Notes under the pieces: model-generated
The model's input: only the letters and a program-made list of their open reading frames with translations
Told to the model about the DNA's origin: nothing
The model's database searches: none
In this document: one piece after another, positions 21,498-35,161 of the stretch
Layout of the letters: the number at the start of each line of letters is the position of its first letter
Numbering within the stretch: position 1 is the first letter of the stretch
NCBI GenBank assembly: GCA_025594325.1
Contig: JANHCV010000005.1
Span: 2,145,774 to 2,209,773 of the forward strand
Direction of reading: 5' to 3'
Source: Blastocladiella emersonii ATCC 22665
Taxonomy: Eukaryota; Fungi; Blastocladiomycota
DNA length: 64,000 nucleotides
Program-made: the position numbers and the translations under genes

Positions 21498-22748
21498 CCG
21501 CGCCGCCGCCTCTGTTGCCGCCGCGGCCGCCGCTAAACGACCAATCGAATCTTCTACTACACCACCAACACCACCACCACCACCCGCTACGCTTTCTCCT
21601 GTCCATGGCGAGGACCTCAGCACTCCCGGCTACGCCATGGTCGGCGAGTCCGTTGCTGGCGCGACGCGGTCCCTTGCCTCGTTCGGCCGTCGCCTCCTCG
21701 CCTCCATCTGGCGCGACCCCGCCGCTCTGTCTCGCCTCGCCGGCTGCGTTGTACGCGCCCGCGACGTCGCCTTCGCCTCCCGCTCACTCCAACTCGACCG
21801 CGACCTCGCTCGACCCGTCCTCGCGGCCATCACGTCCGTCGCCTCCCGATCCCTCTGGCGCGGCGCCTGGCTCTCTCACTCCGCTGGCTGCGCCGAGGCC
21901 GACCCACTCGATTCTTCTGAAGCTCCGCCGCGCGAGCCGCGTGAGCGGGCCCGCCGCCCATTTGGCCAGCCCATTGCCACACTCAAGTTCATCAACCGCC
22001 ACCACTACTGCTCTCGCTGTCTGAGCTCGCTCCATTCCCACGTCCCCAACCCGTCTGGGCGTGAAGAAGACCCGCCAGTGTGCCCGCCGTCCACCGCGGC
22101 CCAAGCGGCTCTTGTTGCAGATCCCTCCGTCCGACTTTGGCTGCTCGGTTCCCCAAGGCACATTCGGTGATGTGACTAGACCAAGGATCGGCGCAGTCGA
22201 CGCAAGTCCAGTAGCACCAGGTGTTTGCGCGCGGTACTGACCCATCCACTTTCTCTCGTTCTGACGACGATGAAACGCATGATCCGCCACTGAATGGCGC
22301 TGACGCACAAAAGAAAACGAAGGAGAAAAACAAAAAGAAAAGAAACGCAAAAAGAAGAATGTCCGCACAAAAAGATGGAAAAACATCTGACGAACCTCAC
22401 AGGCCATGCCCAAGACCACAGCACTGCCACTGGTCCATTGGCATGTCCTCGCGCTCTAGTTGGTCACGCCAGCTTGTCTCTCTGCTCGGTCTCTCTTTAC
22501 TGCGTTTCGTTCGCTCTCTTAGCTCGCTGCTCGAGCTCGCTCTCTCTTCGCCTCGTTCGCCCATCTCTCTCGTACTCCCCTCTCCTCCCACAATTCTTCC
22601 CCCTATGCTCCTCGACGTGCACGGTCCGGGCTTGTCGTACTGCGGCTTGCCCACAAAAGGGCTGCTGCCCGTTGCACAGTGGATATTCTGCTTGCAGTTC
22701 ACAACCGCTGTTAAGGAATAAATGCATTGGTTCCAAAAAAAAAAAGAA
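21498..22748 (+). mobile_element. Retro-insertion copy, unit 6
   Basis: Same TSDs and junctions; A11. Confidence 0.8.
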
Positions 22749-25608
22749 ACCCTCCACGAATCACAATATGCGCGCAATGAATTGACCGATGATATGGCCG
22801 TACCAAACCAGCCACGTAGACAATTGTCATGGTAGTCGAACAAAACCATATTCAAATCTTGGACTACCCGCTTGTCCAGCTAGCCAGGGACCCATAAATC
22901 ACAGTATCGACCCAACTAAATATTTGACAGCAGAAATATAGTAAACCAACCTCGTACAAAATTGTCATGGTACTCAAACAAAACCATATTCAAAACCTTG
23001 ACTTCCCGCATATCCAGCTGGCCAGGGACCCATAAATCACAGTATGGAACCAACAAAGTATCTGACAACAGAAATATGGTAAAACAGCTACGCGGATAAT
23101 TGTCATGGTACTCAATCAAAACCATACTCAAACCTTTGCTTTCCTGCATGTCCAGCTGGCCACTGACCCATAAATCACAGTATCGGACCAAGAAAATATC
23201 TGACCATGGAAATATAGTATACCAGCCACCTAGGTAATTGTCATGGCACTCAAACAAAACCATAGTCAAGTCTTTGACTATCCACATGTCCAGCTGATTG
23301 AGGACCCATGAATCGTAACGTCAAAGCAACAATATATCTCACCATGGAAGTATAGTAAACCAGCCACTCTGGCAATTGTCATGGTACTCAAACAAAACCA
23401 TACTCAAATCTATGACTTCCCACATGTCCAGCAGGTTGGACACCCATAAATCACAGTATCAAACCAACAAAATATCAGACCACAGGAGTATATAAAACCG
23501 ACCACGTAGGTAATTGTCTTGGTACTCAAACAAAACCATATTCAAATCTTTCAATTCCCGCTTGTCCAGCTAGCCAGGGACCCATAAATCACAGGATCAC
23601 AGCAACAAAGTATCTGACAACAGAAATATGGTACACCAGCCACGTAGATAATTGTCATGGTACTCAAACAAAACCATACTCAAATCTTCGAGTGCCCCAT
23701 GTCCAGGTGGGCAAGGGCCTATAAATCACAGTATTGAACCAAGAAAATACCTGACGATCGGGATGTATCAAACCCGCCACGCTGATACTTGTCGTGGTAC
23801 TCAAACATAACCATACTCAGCCAAATCTTTGAATACCCTCACGTCCAGGTGGGCAAGGAACCAAAGCGCCAGATATTCAAATCTACCGCTTTGTGCACAC
23901 TCCACTAGCCAACTCTTCGATCCACTAATTATGGAGCCCGTCGTCAAAGTACACTGTCCAATCAACTAAGTAAACAGCCAACCTGCCAGCCTGCCAGCCT
24001 GCCAGCCTGCCAGCCTGCCAACCTGCCAACCTGCCAACCTGCCGCCTTGCCTACCTGCTATCCGAACACCCACACCGCCTCGCAAGTCATTGGGGGCCCG
24101 CGCTCTCTGGTTGCCGTCCCAGCCAACAAAGGAATGAATGATGAGCCCTGGCAGCCTGGCAGCCTGCCACACTGACAGCCTGACTGACAGCGCCCACCCA
24201 GTAGATATTATCTATCTCGTAGGTAGTCTGGGAGGACTTCGTTAGTCAATACACGACCAGTCTCCTCCTGGCTGCCGGCTCTGCTGTCCACTCCAAGTCC
24301 TGCATGATGATGGGCCAAGGAGGGTTCCGAGCAGCTCCTCTGTCTACCCGCGTGAAACCACTCACCCGCTGACGGATGTATACCACGCACCGTGCAGCGC
24401 GCACAGCACACAGCGCCCGACGCACCACGCGGTGCGCACACGGCGCAAACGGCCACCCTGGTGTCACACACACTCGCATGAACGGCAGGCATGCAAGGCG
24501 TCCGTCCTCAACTCAACAATGATTTATCATCCAGGCTTACTACTCGCTCCAACGGGTGCGCCTGCCTGCCCTCCCAGTGCCGTTGATTGATTGATGGGTG
24601 CGCCAGCCCCTGTTGCCAGCCACGTGGCAAGCAACACCTCAGCACCTGCGTCGCCCTGGCCACCGTCCGTACCTTGCAAACAGCGTAGCAGCCGTACTGC
24701 TTCACAGGGCTGCAGAGGGCTGGCTGCGGAGGGCTGAGGCGGCAGGGCTCCTCCTGCAGGAAGGAGACAGTGCTGGGGCCAAGGAGTGCTAGGGACGACA
24801 AACTGAATGGTGAATGACCAGACCAACACACCACATGCTCCTGGCAGGAGTGCGTGTGGGCGTGCGGGCCCGTGTCCGTGCGTGCCTGTGTCTGTGCGTG
24901 CCTGGATTAGACCTCCATCACAAGCGCCAAGTGACCAAGTGACCAAGTGACAAAGTGACCAAGGTGACCAAGGTGACCAAGGTGACCAAGGTGACCAGGG
25001 TGACCAAGGTGACCAAGTGACACACAAGCACCAAGCTAGGGTGGCCGGGCGGCCATGGACCGTACTGCATGGGTACCATTACCGTGGACTGGCCGCGGCC
25101 ATTTATTGCAGCACAGCCCTGCCTGGCTCAGGACGCGGCGGGCGTGGGAGGCGGGCAGGGTAGATAGGTAGCAGCAGCAGGACCTGGCTAGCTGGCTGTC
25201 AAACAACACGAGTGAAGGGGTGCGTGAGGGAGGGTGTGTTGAACGAATGGATGGGTGGATGCAGGCAGACCTTCATACGTGTCGTGCGTGATGAGGATTG
25301 GTTGGCCACCATCCACCAACGCCATGGCATGGCTGCGGGTGTCGCTGCGTGCGCCTTGGCGGGTGGTGGTGTTGGTGGGTGGTGTTGGTGGGTGCTGTGG
25401 TGGTAGTGGAGCTAAAGTGGTGTTGTGGGGCTCCTGGGGTCCCCTTCCCTTCCTGTCTGGCCTAGGTGGGTGGGTGGGCGGACGTAGCGCGCATGCGGGC
25501 GGGCAAGGTAGGAACGTTGCTCACGCAATGGATCATGTATTTTATGGAACGTAGTCTGCACAGCAGAGAGGGGGATGTCCGGCCCAATCGGACCCTCCAC
25601 GAATCACA

Positions 25609-26859
25609 CCGCGCCGCCGCCTCTGTTGCCGCCGCGGCCGCCGCTAAACGACCAATCGAATCTTCTACTACACCACCAACACCACCACCACCACCCGCTA
25701 CGCTTTCTCCTGTCCATGGCGAGGACCTCAGCACTCCCGGCTACGCCATGGTCGGCGAGTCCGTTGCTGGCGCGACGCGGTCCCTTGCCTCGTTCGGCCG
25801 TCGCCTCCTCGCCTCCATCTGGCGCGACCCCGCCGCTCTGTCTCGCCTCGCCGGCTGCGTTGTACGCGCCCGCGACGTCGCCTTCGCCTCCCGCTCACTC
25901 CAACTCGACCGCGACCTCGCTCGACCCGTCCTCGCGGCCATCACGTCCGTCGCCTCCCGATCCCTCTGGCGCGGCGCCTGGCTCTCTCACTCCGCTGGCT
26001 GCGCCGAGGCCGACCCACTCGATTCTTCTGAAGCTCCGCCGCGCGAGCCGCGTGAGCGGGCCCGCCGCCCATTTGGCCAGCCCATTGCCACACTCAAGTT
26101 CATCAACCGCCACCACTACTGCTCTCGCTGTCTGAGCTCGCTCCATTCCCACGTCCCCAACCCGTCTGGGCGTGAAGAAGACCCGCCAGTGTGCCCGCCG
26201 TCCACCGCGGCCCAAGCGGCTCTTGTTGCAGATCCCTCCGTCCGACTTTGGCTGCTCGGTTCCCCAAGGCACATTCGGTGATGTGACTAGACCAAGGATC
26301 GGCGCAGTCGACGCAAGTCCAGTAGCACCAGGTGTTTGCGCGCGGTACTGACCCATCCACTTTCTCTCGTTCTGACGACGATGAAACGCATGATCCGCCA
26401 CTGAATGGCGCTGACGCACAAAAGAAAACGAAGGAGAAAAACAAAAAGAAAAGAAACGCAAAAAGAAGAATGTCCGCACAAAAAGATGGAAAAACATCTG
26501 ACGAACCTCACAGGCCATGCCCAAGACCACAGCACTGCCACTGGTCCATTGGCATGTCCTCGCGCTCTAGTTGGTCACGCCAGCTTGTCTCTCTGCTCGG
26601 TCTCTCTTTACTGCGTTTCGTTCGCTCTCTTAGCTCGCTGCTCGAGCTCGCTCTCTCTTCGCCTCGTTCGCCCATCTCTCTCGTACTCCCCTCTCCTCCC
26701 ACAATTCTTCCCCCTATGCTCCTCGACGTGCACGGTCCGGGCTTGTCGTACTGCGGCTTGCCCACAAAAGGGCTGCTGCCCGTTGCACAGTGGATATTCT
26801 GCTTGCAGTTCACAACCGCTGTTAAGGAATAAATGCATTGGTTCCAAAAAAAAAAAGAA
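25609..26859 (+). mobile_element. Retro-insertion copy, unit 7
   Basis: Same TSDs and junctions; A11. Confidence 0.8.
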
Positions 26860-29759
26860 ACCCTCCACGAATCACAATATGCGCGCAATGAATTGACCGA
26901 TGATATGGCCGTACCAAACCAGCCACGTAGACAATTGTCATGGTAGTCGAACAAAACCATATTCAAATCTTGGACTACCCGCTTGTCCAGCTAGCCAGGG
27001 ACCCATAAATCACAGTATCGACCCAACTAAATATTTGACAGCAGAAATATAGTAAACCAACCTCGTACAAAATTGTCATGGTACTCAAACAAAACCATAT
27101 TCAAAACCTTGACTTCCCGCATATCCAGCTGGCCAGGGACCCATAAATCACAGTATGGAACCAACAAAGTATCTGACAACAGAAATATGGTAAAACAGCT
27201 ACGCGGATAATTGTCATGGTACTCAATCAAAACCATACTCAAACCTTTGCTTTCCTGCATGTCCAGCTGGCCACTGACCCATAAATCACAGTATCGGACC
27301 AAGAAAATATCTGACCATGGAAATATAGTATACCAGCCACCTAGGTAATTGTCATGGCACTCAAACAAAACCATAGTCAAGTCTTTGACTATCCACATGT
27401 CCAGCTGATTGAGGACCCATGAATCGTAACGTCAAAGCAACAATATATCTCACCATGGAAGTATAGTAAACCAGCCACTCTGGCAATTGTCATGGTACTC
27501 AAACAAAACCATACTCAAATCTATGACTTCCCACATGTCCAGCAGGTTGGACACCCATAAATCACAGTATCAAACCAACAAAATATCAGACCACAGGAGT
27601 ATATAAAACCGACCACGTAGGTAATTGTCTTGGTACTCAAACAAAACCATATTCAAATCTTTCAATTCCCGCTTGTCCAGCTAGCCAGGGACCCATAAAT
27701 CACAGGATCACAGCAACAAAGTATCTGACAACAGAAATATGGTACACCAGCCACGTAGATAATTGTCATGGTACTCAAACAAAACCATACTCAAATCTTC
27801 GAGTGCCCCATGTCCAGGTGGGCAAGGGCCTATAAATCACAGTATTGAACCAAGAAAATACCTGACGATCGGGATGTATCAAACCCGCCACGCTGATACT
27901 TGTCGTGGTACTCAAACATAACCATACTCAGCCAAATCTTTGAATACCCTCACGTCCAGGTGGGCAAGGAACCAAAGCGCCAGATATTCAAATCTACCGC
28001 TTTGTGCACACTCCACTAGCCAACTCTTCGATCCACTAATTATGGAGCCCGTCGTCAAAGTACACTGTCCAATCAACTAAGTAAACAGCCAACCTGCCAG
28101 CCTGCCAGCCTGCCAGCCTGCCAGCCTGCCAGCCTGCCAGCCTGCCAGCCTGCCAGCCTGCCAGCCTGCCAACCTGCCAACCTGCCAACCTGCCGCCTTG
28201 CCTACCTGCTATCCGAACACCCACACCGCCTCGCAAGTCATTGGGGGCCCGCGCTCTCTGGTTGCCGTCCCAGCCAACAAAGGAATGAATGATGAGCCCT
28301 GGCAGCCTGGCAGCCTGCCACACTGACAGCCTGACTGACAGCGCCCACCCAGTAGATATTATCTATCTCGTAGGTAGTCTGGGAGGACTTCGTTAGTCAA
28401 TACACGACCAGTCTCCTCCTGGCTGCCGGCTCTGCTGTCCACTCCAAGTCCTGCATGATGATGGGCCAAGGAGGGTTCCGAGCAGCTCCTCTGTCTACCC
28501 GCGTGAAACCACTCACCCGCTGACGGATGTATACCACGCACCGTGCAGCGCGCACAGCACACAGCGCCCGACGCACCACGCGGTGCGCACACGGCGCAAA
28601 CGGCCACCCTGGTGTCACACACACTCGCATGAACGGCAGGCATGCAAGGCGTCCGTCCTCAACTCAACAATGATTTATCATCCAGGCTTACTACTCGCTC
28701 CAACGGGTGCGCCTGCCTGCCCTCCCAGTGCCGTTGATTGATTGATGGGTGCGCCAGCCCCTGTTGCCAGCCACGTGGCAAGCAACACCTCAGCACCTGC
28801 GTCGCCCTGGCCACCGTCCGTACCTTGCAAACAGCGTAGCAGCCGTACTGCTTCACAGGGCTGCAGAGGGCTGGCTGCGGAGGGCTGAGGCGGCAGGGCT
28901 CCTCCTGCAGGAAGGAGACAGTGCTGGGGCCAAGGAGTGCTAGGGACGACAAACTGAATGGTGAATGACCAGACCAACACACCACATGCTCCTGGCAGGA
29001 GTGCGTGTGGGCGTGCGGGCCCGTGTCCGTGCGTGCCTGTGTCTGTGCGTGCCTGGATTAGACCTCCATCACAAGCGCCAAGTGACCAAGTGACCAAGTG
29101 ACAAAGTGACCAAGGTGACCAAGGTGACCAAGGTGACCAAGGTGACCAGGGTGACCAAGGTGACCAAGTGACACACAAGCACCAAGCTAGGGTGGCCGGG
29201 CGGCCATGGACCGTACTGCATGGGTACCATTACCGTGGACTGGCCGCGGCCATTTATTGCAGCACAGCCCTGCCTGGCTCAGGACGCGGCGGGCGTGGGA
29301 GGCGGGCAGGGTAGATAGGTAGCAGCAGCAGGACCTGGCTAGCTGGCTGTCAAACAACACGAGTGAAGGGGTGCGTGAGGGAGGGTGTGTTGAACGAATG
29401 GATGGGTGGATGCAGGCAGACCTTCATACGTGTCGTGCGTGATGAGGATTGGTTGGCCACCATCCACCAACGCCATGGCATGGCTGCGGGTGTCGCTGCG
29501 TGCGCCTTGGCGGGTGGTGGTGTTGGTGGGTGGTGTTGGTGGGTGCTGTGGTGGTAGTGGAGCTAAAGTGGTGTTGTGGGGCTCCTGGGGTCCCCTTCCC
29601 TTCCTGTCTGGCCTAGGTGGGTGGGTGGGCGGACGTAGCGCGCATGCGGGCGGGCAAGGTAGGAACGTTGCTCACGCAATGGATCATGTATTTTATGGAA
29701 CGTAGTCTGCACAGCAGAGAGGGGGATGTCCGGCCCAATCGGACCCTCCACGAATCACA

Positions 29760-31010
29760 CCGCGCCGCCGCCTCTGTTGCCGCCGCGGCCGCCGCTAAAC
29801 GACCAATCGAATCTTCTACTACACCACCAACACCACCACCACCACCCGCTACGCTTTCTCCTGTCCATGGCGAGGACCTCAGCACTCCCGGCTACGCCAT
29901 GGTCGGCGAGTCCGTTGCTGGCGCGACGCGGTCCCTTGCCTCGTTCGGCCGTCGCCTCCTCGCCTCCATCTGGCGCGACCCCGCCGCTCTGTCTCGCCTC
30001 GCCGGCTGCGTTGTACGCGCCCGCGACGTCGCCTTCGCCTCCCGCTCACTCCAACTCGACCGCGACCTCGCTCGACCCGTCCTCGCGGCCATCACGTCCG
30101 TCGCCTCCCGATCCCTCTGGCGCGGCGCCTGGCTCTCTCACTCCGCTGGCTGCGCCGAGGCCGACCCACTCGATTCTTCTGAAGCTCCGCCGCGCGAGCC
30201 GCGTGAGCGGGCCCGCCGCCCATTTGGCCAGCCCATTGCCACACTCAAGTTCATCAACCGCCACCACTACTGCTCTCGCTGTCTGAGCTCGCTCCATTCC
30301 CACGTCCCCAACCCGTCTGGGCGTGAAGAAGACCCGCCAGTGTGCCCGCCGTCCACCGCGGCCCAAGCGGCTCTTGTTGCAGATCCCTCCGTCCGACTTT
30401 GGCTGCTCGGTTCCCCAAGGCACATTCGGTGATGTGACTAGACCAAGGATCGGCGCAGTCGACGCAAGTCCAGTAGCACCAGGTGTTTGCGCGCGGTACT
30501 GACCCATCCACTTTCTCTCGTTCTGACGACGATGAAACGCATGATCCGCCACTGAATGGCGCTGACGCACAAAAGAAAACGAAGGAGAAAAACAAAAAGA
30601 AAAGAAACGCAAAAAGAAGAATGTCCGCACAAAAAGATGGAAAAACATCTGACGAACCTCACAGGCCATGCCCAAGACCACAGCACTGCCACTGGTCCAT
30701 TGGCATGTCCTCGCGCTCTAGTTGGTCACGCCAGCTTGTCTCTCTGCTCGGTCTCTCTTTACTGCGTTTCGTTCGCTCTCTTAGCTCGCTGCTCGAGCTC
30801 GCTCTCTCTTCGCCTCGTTCGCCCATCTCTCTCGTACTCCCCTCTCCTCCCACAATTCTTCCCCCTATGCTCCTCGACGTGCACGGTCCGGGCTTGTCGT
30901 ACTGCGGCTTGCCCACAAAAGGGCTGCTGCCCGTTGCACAGTGGATATTCTGCTTGCAGTTCACAACCGCTGTTAAGGAATAAATGCATTGGTTCCAAAA
31001 AAAAAAAGAA
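29760..31010 (+). mobile_element. Retro-insertion copy, unit 8
   Basis: Same TSDs and junctions; A11. Confidence 0.8.
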
Positions 31011-33910
31011 ACCCTCCACGAATCACAATATGCGCGCAATGAATTGACCGATGATATGGCCGTACCAAACCAGCCACGTAGACAATTGTCATGGTAGTCG
31101 AACAAAACCATATTCAAATCTTGGACTACCCGCTTGTCCAGCTAGCCAGGGACCCATAAATCACAGTATCGACCCAACTAAATATTTGACAGCAGAAATA
31201 TAGTAAACCAACCTCGTACAAAATTGTCATGGTACTCAAACAAAACCATATTCAAAACCTTGACTTCCCGCATATCCAGCTGGCCAGGGACCCATAAATC
31301 ACAGTATGGAACCAACAAAGTATCTGACAACAGAAATATGGTAAAACAGCTACGCGGATAATTGTCATGGTACTCAATCAAAACCATACTCAAACCTTTG
31401 CTTTCCTGCATGTCCAGCTGGCCACTGACCCATAAATCACAGTATCGGACCAAGAAAATATCTGACCATGGAAATATAGTATACCAGCCACCTAGGTAAT
31501 TGTCATGGCACTCAAACAAAACCATAGTCAAGTCTTTGACTATCCACATGTCCAGCTGATTGAGGACCCATGAATCGTAACGTCAAAGCAACAATATATC
31601 TCACCATGGAAGTATAGTAAACCAGCCACTCTGGCAATTGTCATGGTACTCAAACAAAACCATACTCAAATCTATGACTTCCCACATGTCCAGCAGGTTG
31701 GACACCCATAAATCACAGTATCAAACCAACAAAATATCAGACCACAGGAGTATATAAAACCGACCACGTAGGTAATTGTCTTGGTACTCAAACAAAACCA
31801 TATTCAAATCTTTCAATTCCCGCTTGTCCAGCTAGCCAGGGACCCATAAATCACAGGATCACAGCAACAAAGTATCTGACAACAGAAATATGGTACACCA
31901 GCCACGTAGATAATTGTCATGGTACTCAAACAAAACCATACTCAAATCTTCGAGTGCCCCATGTCCAGGTGGGCAAGGGCCTATAAATCACAGTATTGAA
32001 CCAAGAAAATACCTGACGATCGGGATGTATCAAACCCGCCACGCTGATACTTGTCGTGGTACTCAAACATAACCATACTCAGCCAAATCTTTGAATACCC
32101 TCACGTCCAGGTGGGCAAGGAACCAAAGCGCCAGATATTCAAATCTACCGCTTTGTGCACACTCCACTAGCCAACTCTTCGATCCACTAATTATGGAGCC
32201 CGTCGTCAAAGTACACTGTCCAATCAACTAAGTAAACAGCCAACCTGCCAGCCTGCCAGCCTGCCAGCCTGCCAGCCTGCCAGCCTGCCAGCCTGCCAGC
32301 CTGCCAGCCTGCCAGCCTGCCAACCTGCCAACCTGCCAACCTGCCGCCTTGCCTACCTGCTATCCGAACACCCACACCGCCTCGCAAGTCATTGGGGGCC
32401 CGCGCTCTCTGGTTGCCGTCCCAGCCAACAAAGGAATGAATGATGAGCCCTGGCAGCCTGGCAGCCTGCCACACTGACAGCCTGACTGACAGCGCCCACC
32501 CAGTAGATATTATCTATCTCGTAGGTAGTCTGGGAGGACTTCGTTAGTCAATACACGACCAGTCTCCTCCTGGCTGCCGGCTCTGCTGTCCACTCCAAGT
32601 CCTGCATGATGATGGGCCAAGGAGGGTTCCGAGCAGCTCCTCTGTCTACCCGCGTGAAACCACTCACCCGCTGACGGATGTATACCACGCACCGTGCAGC
32701 GCGCACAGCACACAGCGCCCGACGCACCACGCGGTGCGCACACGGCGCAAACGGCCACCCTGGTGTCACACACACTCGCATGAACGGCAGGCATGCAAGG
32801 CGTCCGTCCTCAACTCAACAATGATTTATCATCCAGGCTTACTACTCGCTCCAACGGGTGCGCCTGCCTGCCCTCCCAGTGCCGTTGATTGATTGATGGG
32901 TGCGCCAGCCCCTGTTGCCAGCCACGTGGCAAGCAACACCTCAGCACCTGCGTCGCCCTGGCCACCGTCCGTACCTTGCAAACAGCGTAGCAGCCGTACT
33001 GCTTCACAGGGCTGCAGAGGGCTGGCTGCGGAGGGCTGAGGCGGCAGGGCTCCTCCTGCAGGAAGGAGACAGTGCTGGGGCCAAGGAGTGCTAGGGACGA
33101 CAAACTGAATGGTGAATGACCAGACCAACACACCACATGCTCCTGGCAGGAGTGCGTGTGGGCGTGCGGGCCCGTGTCCGTGCGTGCCTGTGTCTGTGCG
33201 TGCCTGGATTAGACCTCCATCACAAGCGCCAAGTGACCAAGTGACCAAGTGACAAAGTGACCAAGGTGACCAAGGTGACCAAGGTGACCAAGGTGACCAG
33301 GGTGACCAAGGTGACCAAGTGACACACAAGCACCAAGCTAGGGTGGCCGGGCGGCCATGGACCGTACTGCATGGGTACCATTACCGTGGACTGGCCGCGG
33401 CCATTTATTGCAGCACAGCCCTGCCTGGCTCAGGACGCGGCGGGCGTGGGAGGCGGGCAGGGTAGATAGGTAGCAGCAGCAGGACCTGGCTAGCTGGCTG
33501 TCAAACAACACGAGTGAAGGGGTGCGTGAGGGAGGGTGTGTTGAACGAATGGATGGGTGGATGCAGGCAGACCTTCATACGTGTCGTGCGTGATGAGGAT
33601 TGGTTGGCCACCATCCACCAACGCCATGGCATGGCTGCGGGTGTCGCTGCGTGCGCCTTGGCGGGTGGTGGTGTTGGTGGGTGGTGTTGGTGGGTGCTGT
33701 GGTGGTAGTGGAGCTAAAGTGGTGTTGTGGGGCTCCTGGGGTCCCCTTCCCTTCCTGTCTGGCCTAGGTGGGTGGGTGGGCGGACGTAGCGCGCATGCGG
33801 GCGGGCAAGGTAGGAACGTTGCTCACGCAATGGATCATGTATTTTATGGAACGTAGTCTGCACAGCAGAGAGGGGGATGTCCGGCCCAATCGGACCCTCC
33901 ACGAATCACA

Positions 33911-35161
33911 CCGCGCCGCCGCCTCTGTTGCCGCCGCGGCCGCCGCTAAACGACCAATCGAATCTTCTACTACACCACCAACACCACCACCACCACCCGC
34001 TACGCTTTCTCCTGTCCATGGCGAGGACCTCAGCACTCCCGGCTACGCCATGGTCGGCGAGTCCGTTGCTGGCGCGACGCGGTCCCTTGCCTCGTTCGGC
34101 CGTCGCCTCCTCGCCTCCATCTGGCGCGACCCCGCCGCTCTGTCTCGCCTCGCCGGCTGCGTTGTACGCGCCCGCGACGTCGCCTTCGCCTCCCGCTCAC
34201 TCCAACTCGACCGCGACCTCGCTCGACCCGTCCTCGCGGCCATCACGTCCGTCGCCTCCCGATCCCTCTGGCGCGGCGCCTGGCTCTCTCACTCCGCTGG
34301 CTGCGCCGAGGCCGACCCACTCGATTCTTCTGAAGCTCCGCCGCGCGAGCCGCGTGAGCGGGCCCGCCGCCCATTTGGCCAGCCCATTGCCACACTCAAG
34401 TTCATCAACCGCCACCACTACTGCTCTCGCTGTCTGAGCTCGCTCCATTCCCACGTCCCCAACCCGTCTGGGCGTGAAGAAGACCCGCCAGTGTGCCCGC
34501 CGTCCACCGCGGCCCAAGCGGCTCTTGTTGCAGATCCCTCCGTCCGACTTTGGCTGCTCGGTTCCCCAAGGCACATTCGGTGATGTGACTAGACCAAGGA
34601 TCGGCGCAGTCGACGCAAGTCCAGTAGCACCAGGTGTTTGCGCGCGGTACTGACCCATCCACTTTCTCTCGTTCTGACGACGATGAAACGCATGATCCGC
34701 CACTGAATGGCGCTGACGCACAAAAGAAAACGAAGGAGAAAAACAAAAAGAAAAGAAACGCAAAAAGAAGAATGTCCGCACAAAAAGATGGAAAAACATC
34801 TGACGAACCTCACAGGCCATGCCCAAGACCACAGCACTGCCACTGGTCCATTGGCATGTCCTCGCGCTCTAGTTGGTCACGCCAGCTTGTCTCTCTGCTC
34901 GGTCTCTCTTTACTGCGTTTCGTTCGCTCTCTTAGCTCGCTGCTCGAGCTCGCTCTCTCTTCGCCTCGTTCGCCCATCTCTCTCGTACTCCCCTCTCCTC
35001 CCACAATTCTTCCCCCTATGCTCCTCGACGTGCACGGTCCGGGCTTGTCGTACTGCGGCTTGCCCACAAAAGGGCTGCTGCCCGTTGCACAGTGGATATT
35101 CTGCTTGCAGTTCACAACCGCTGTTAAGGAATAAATGCATTGGTTCCAAAAAAAAAAAGAA
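33911..35161 (+). mobile_element. Retro-insertion copy, unit 9
   Basis: Same TSDs and junctions; A11. Confidence 0.8.
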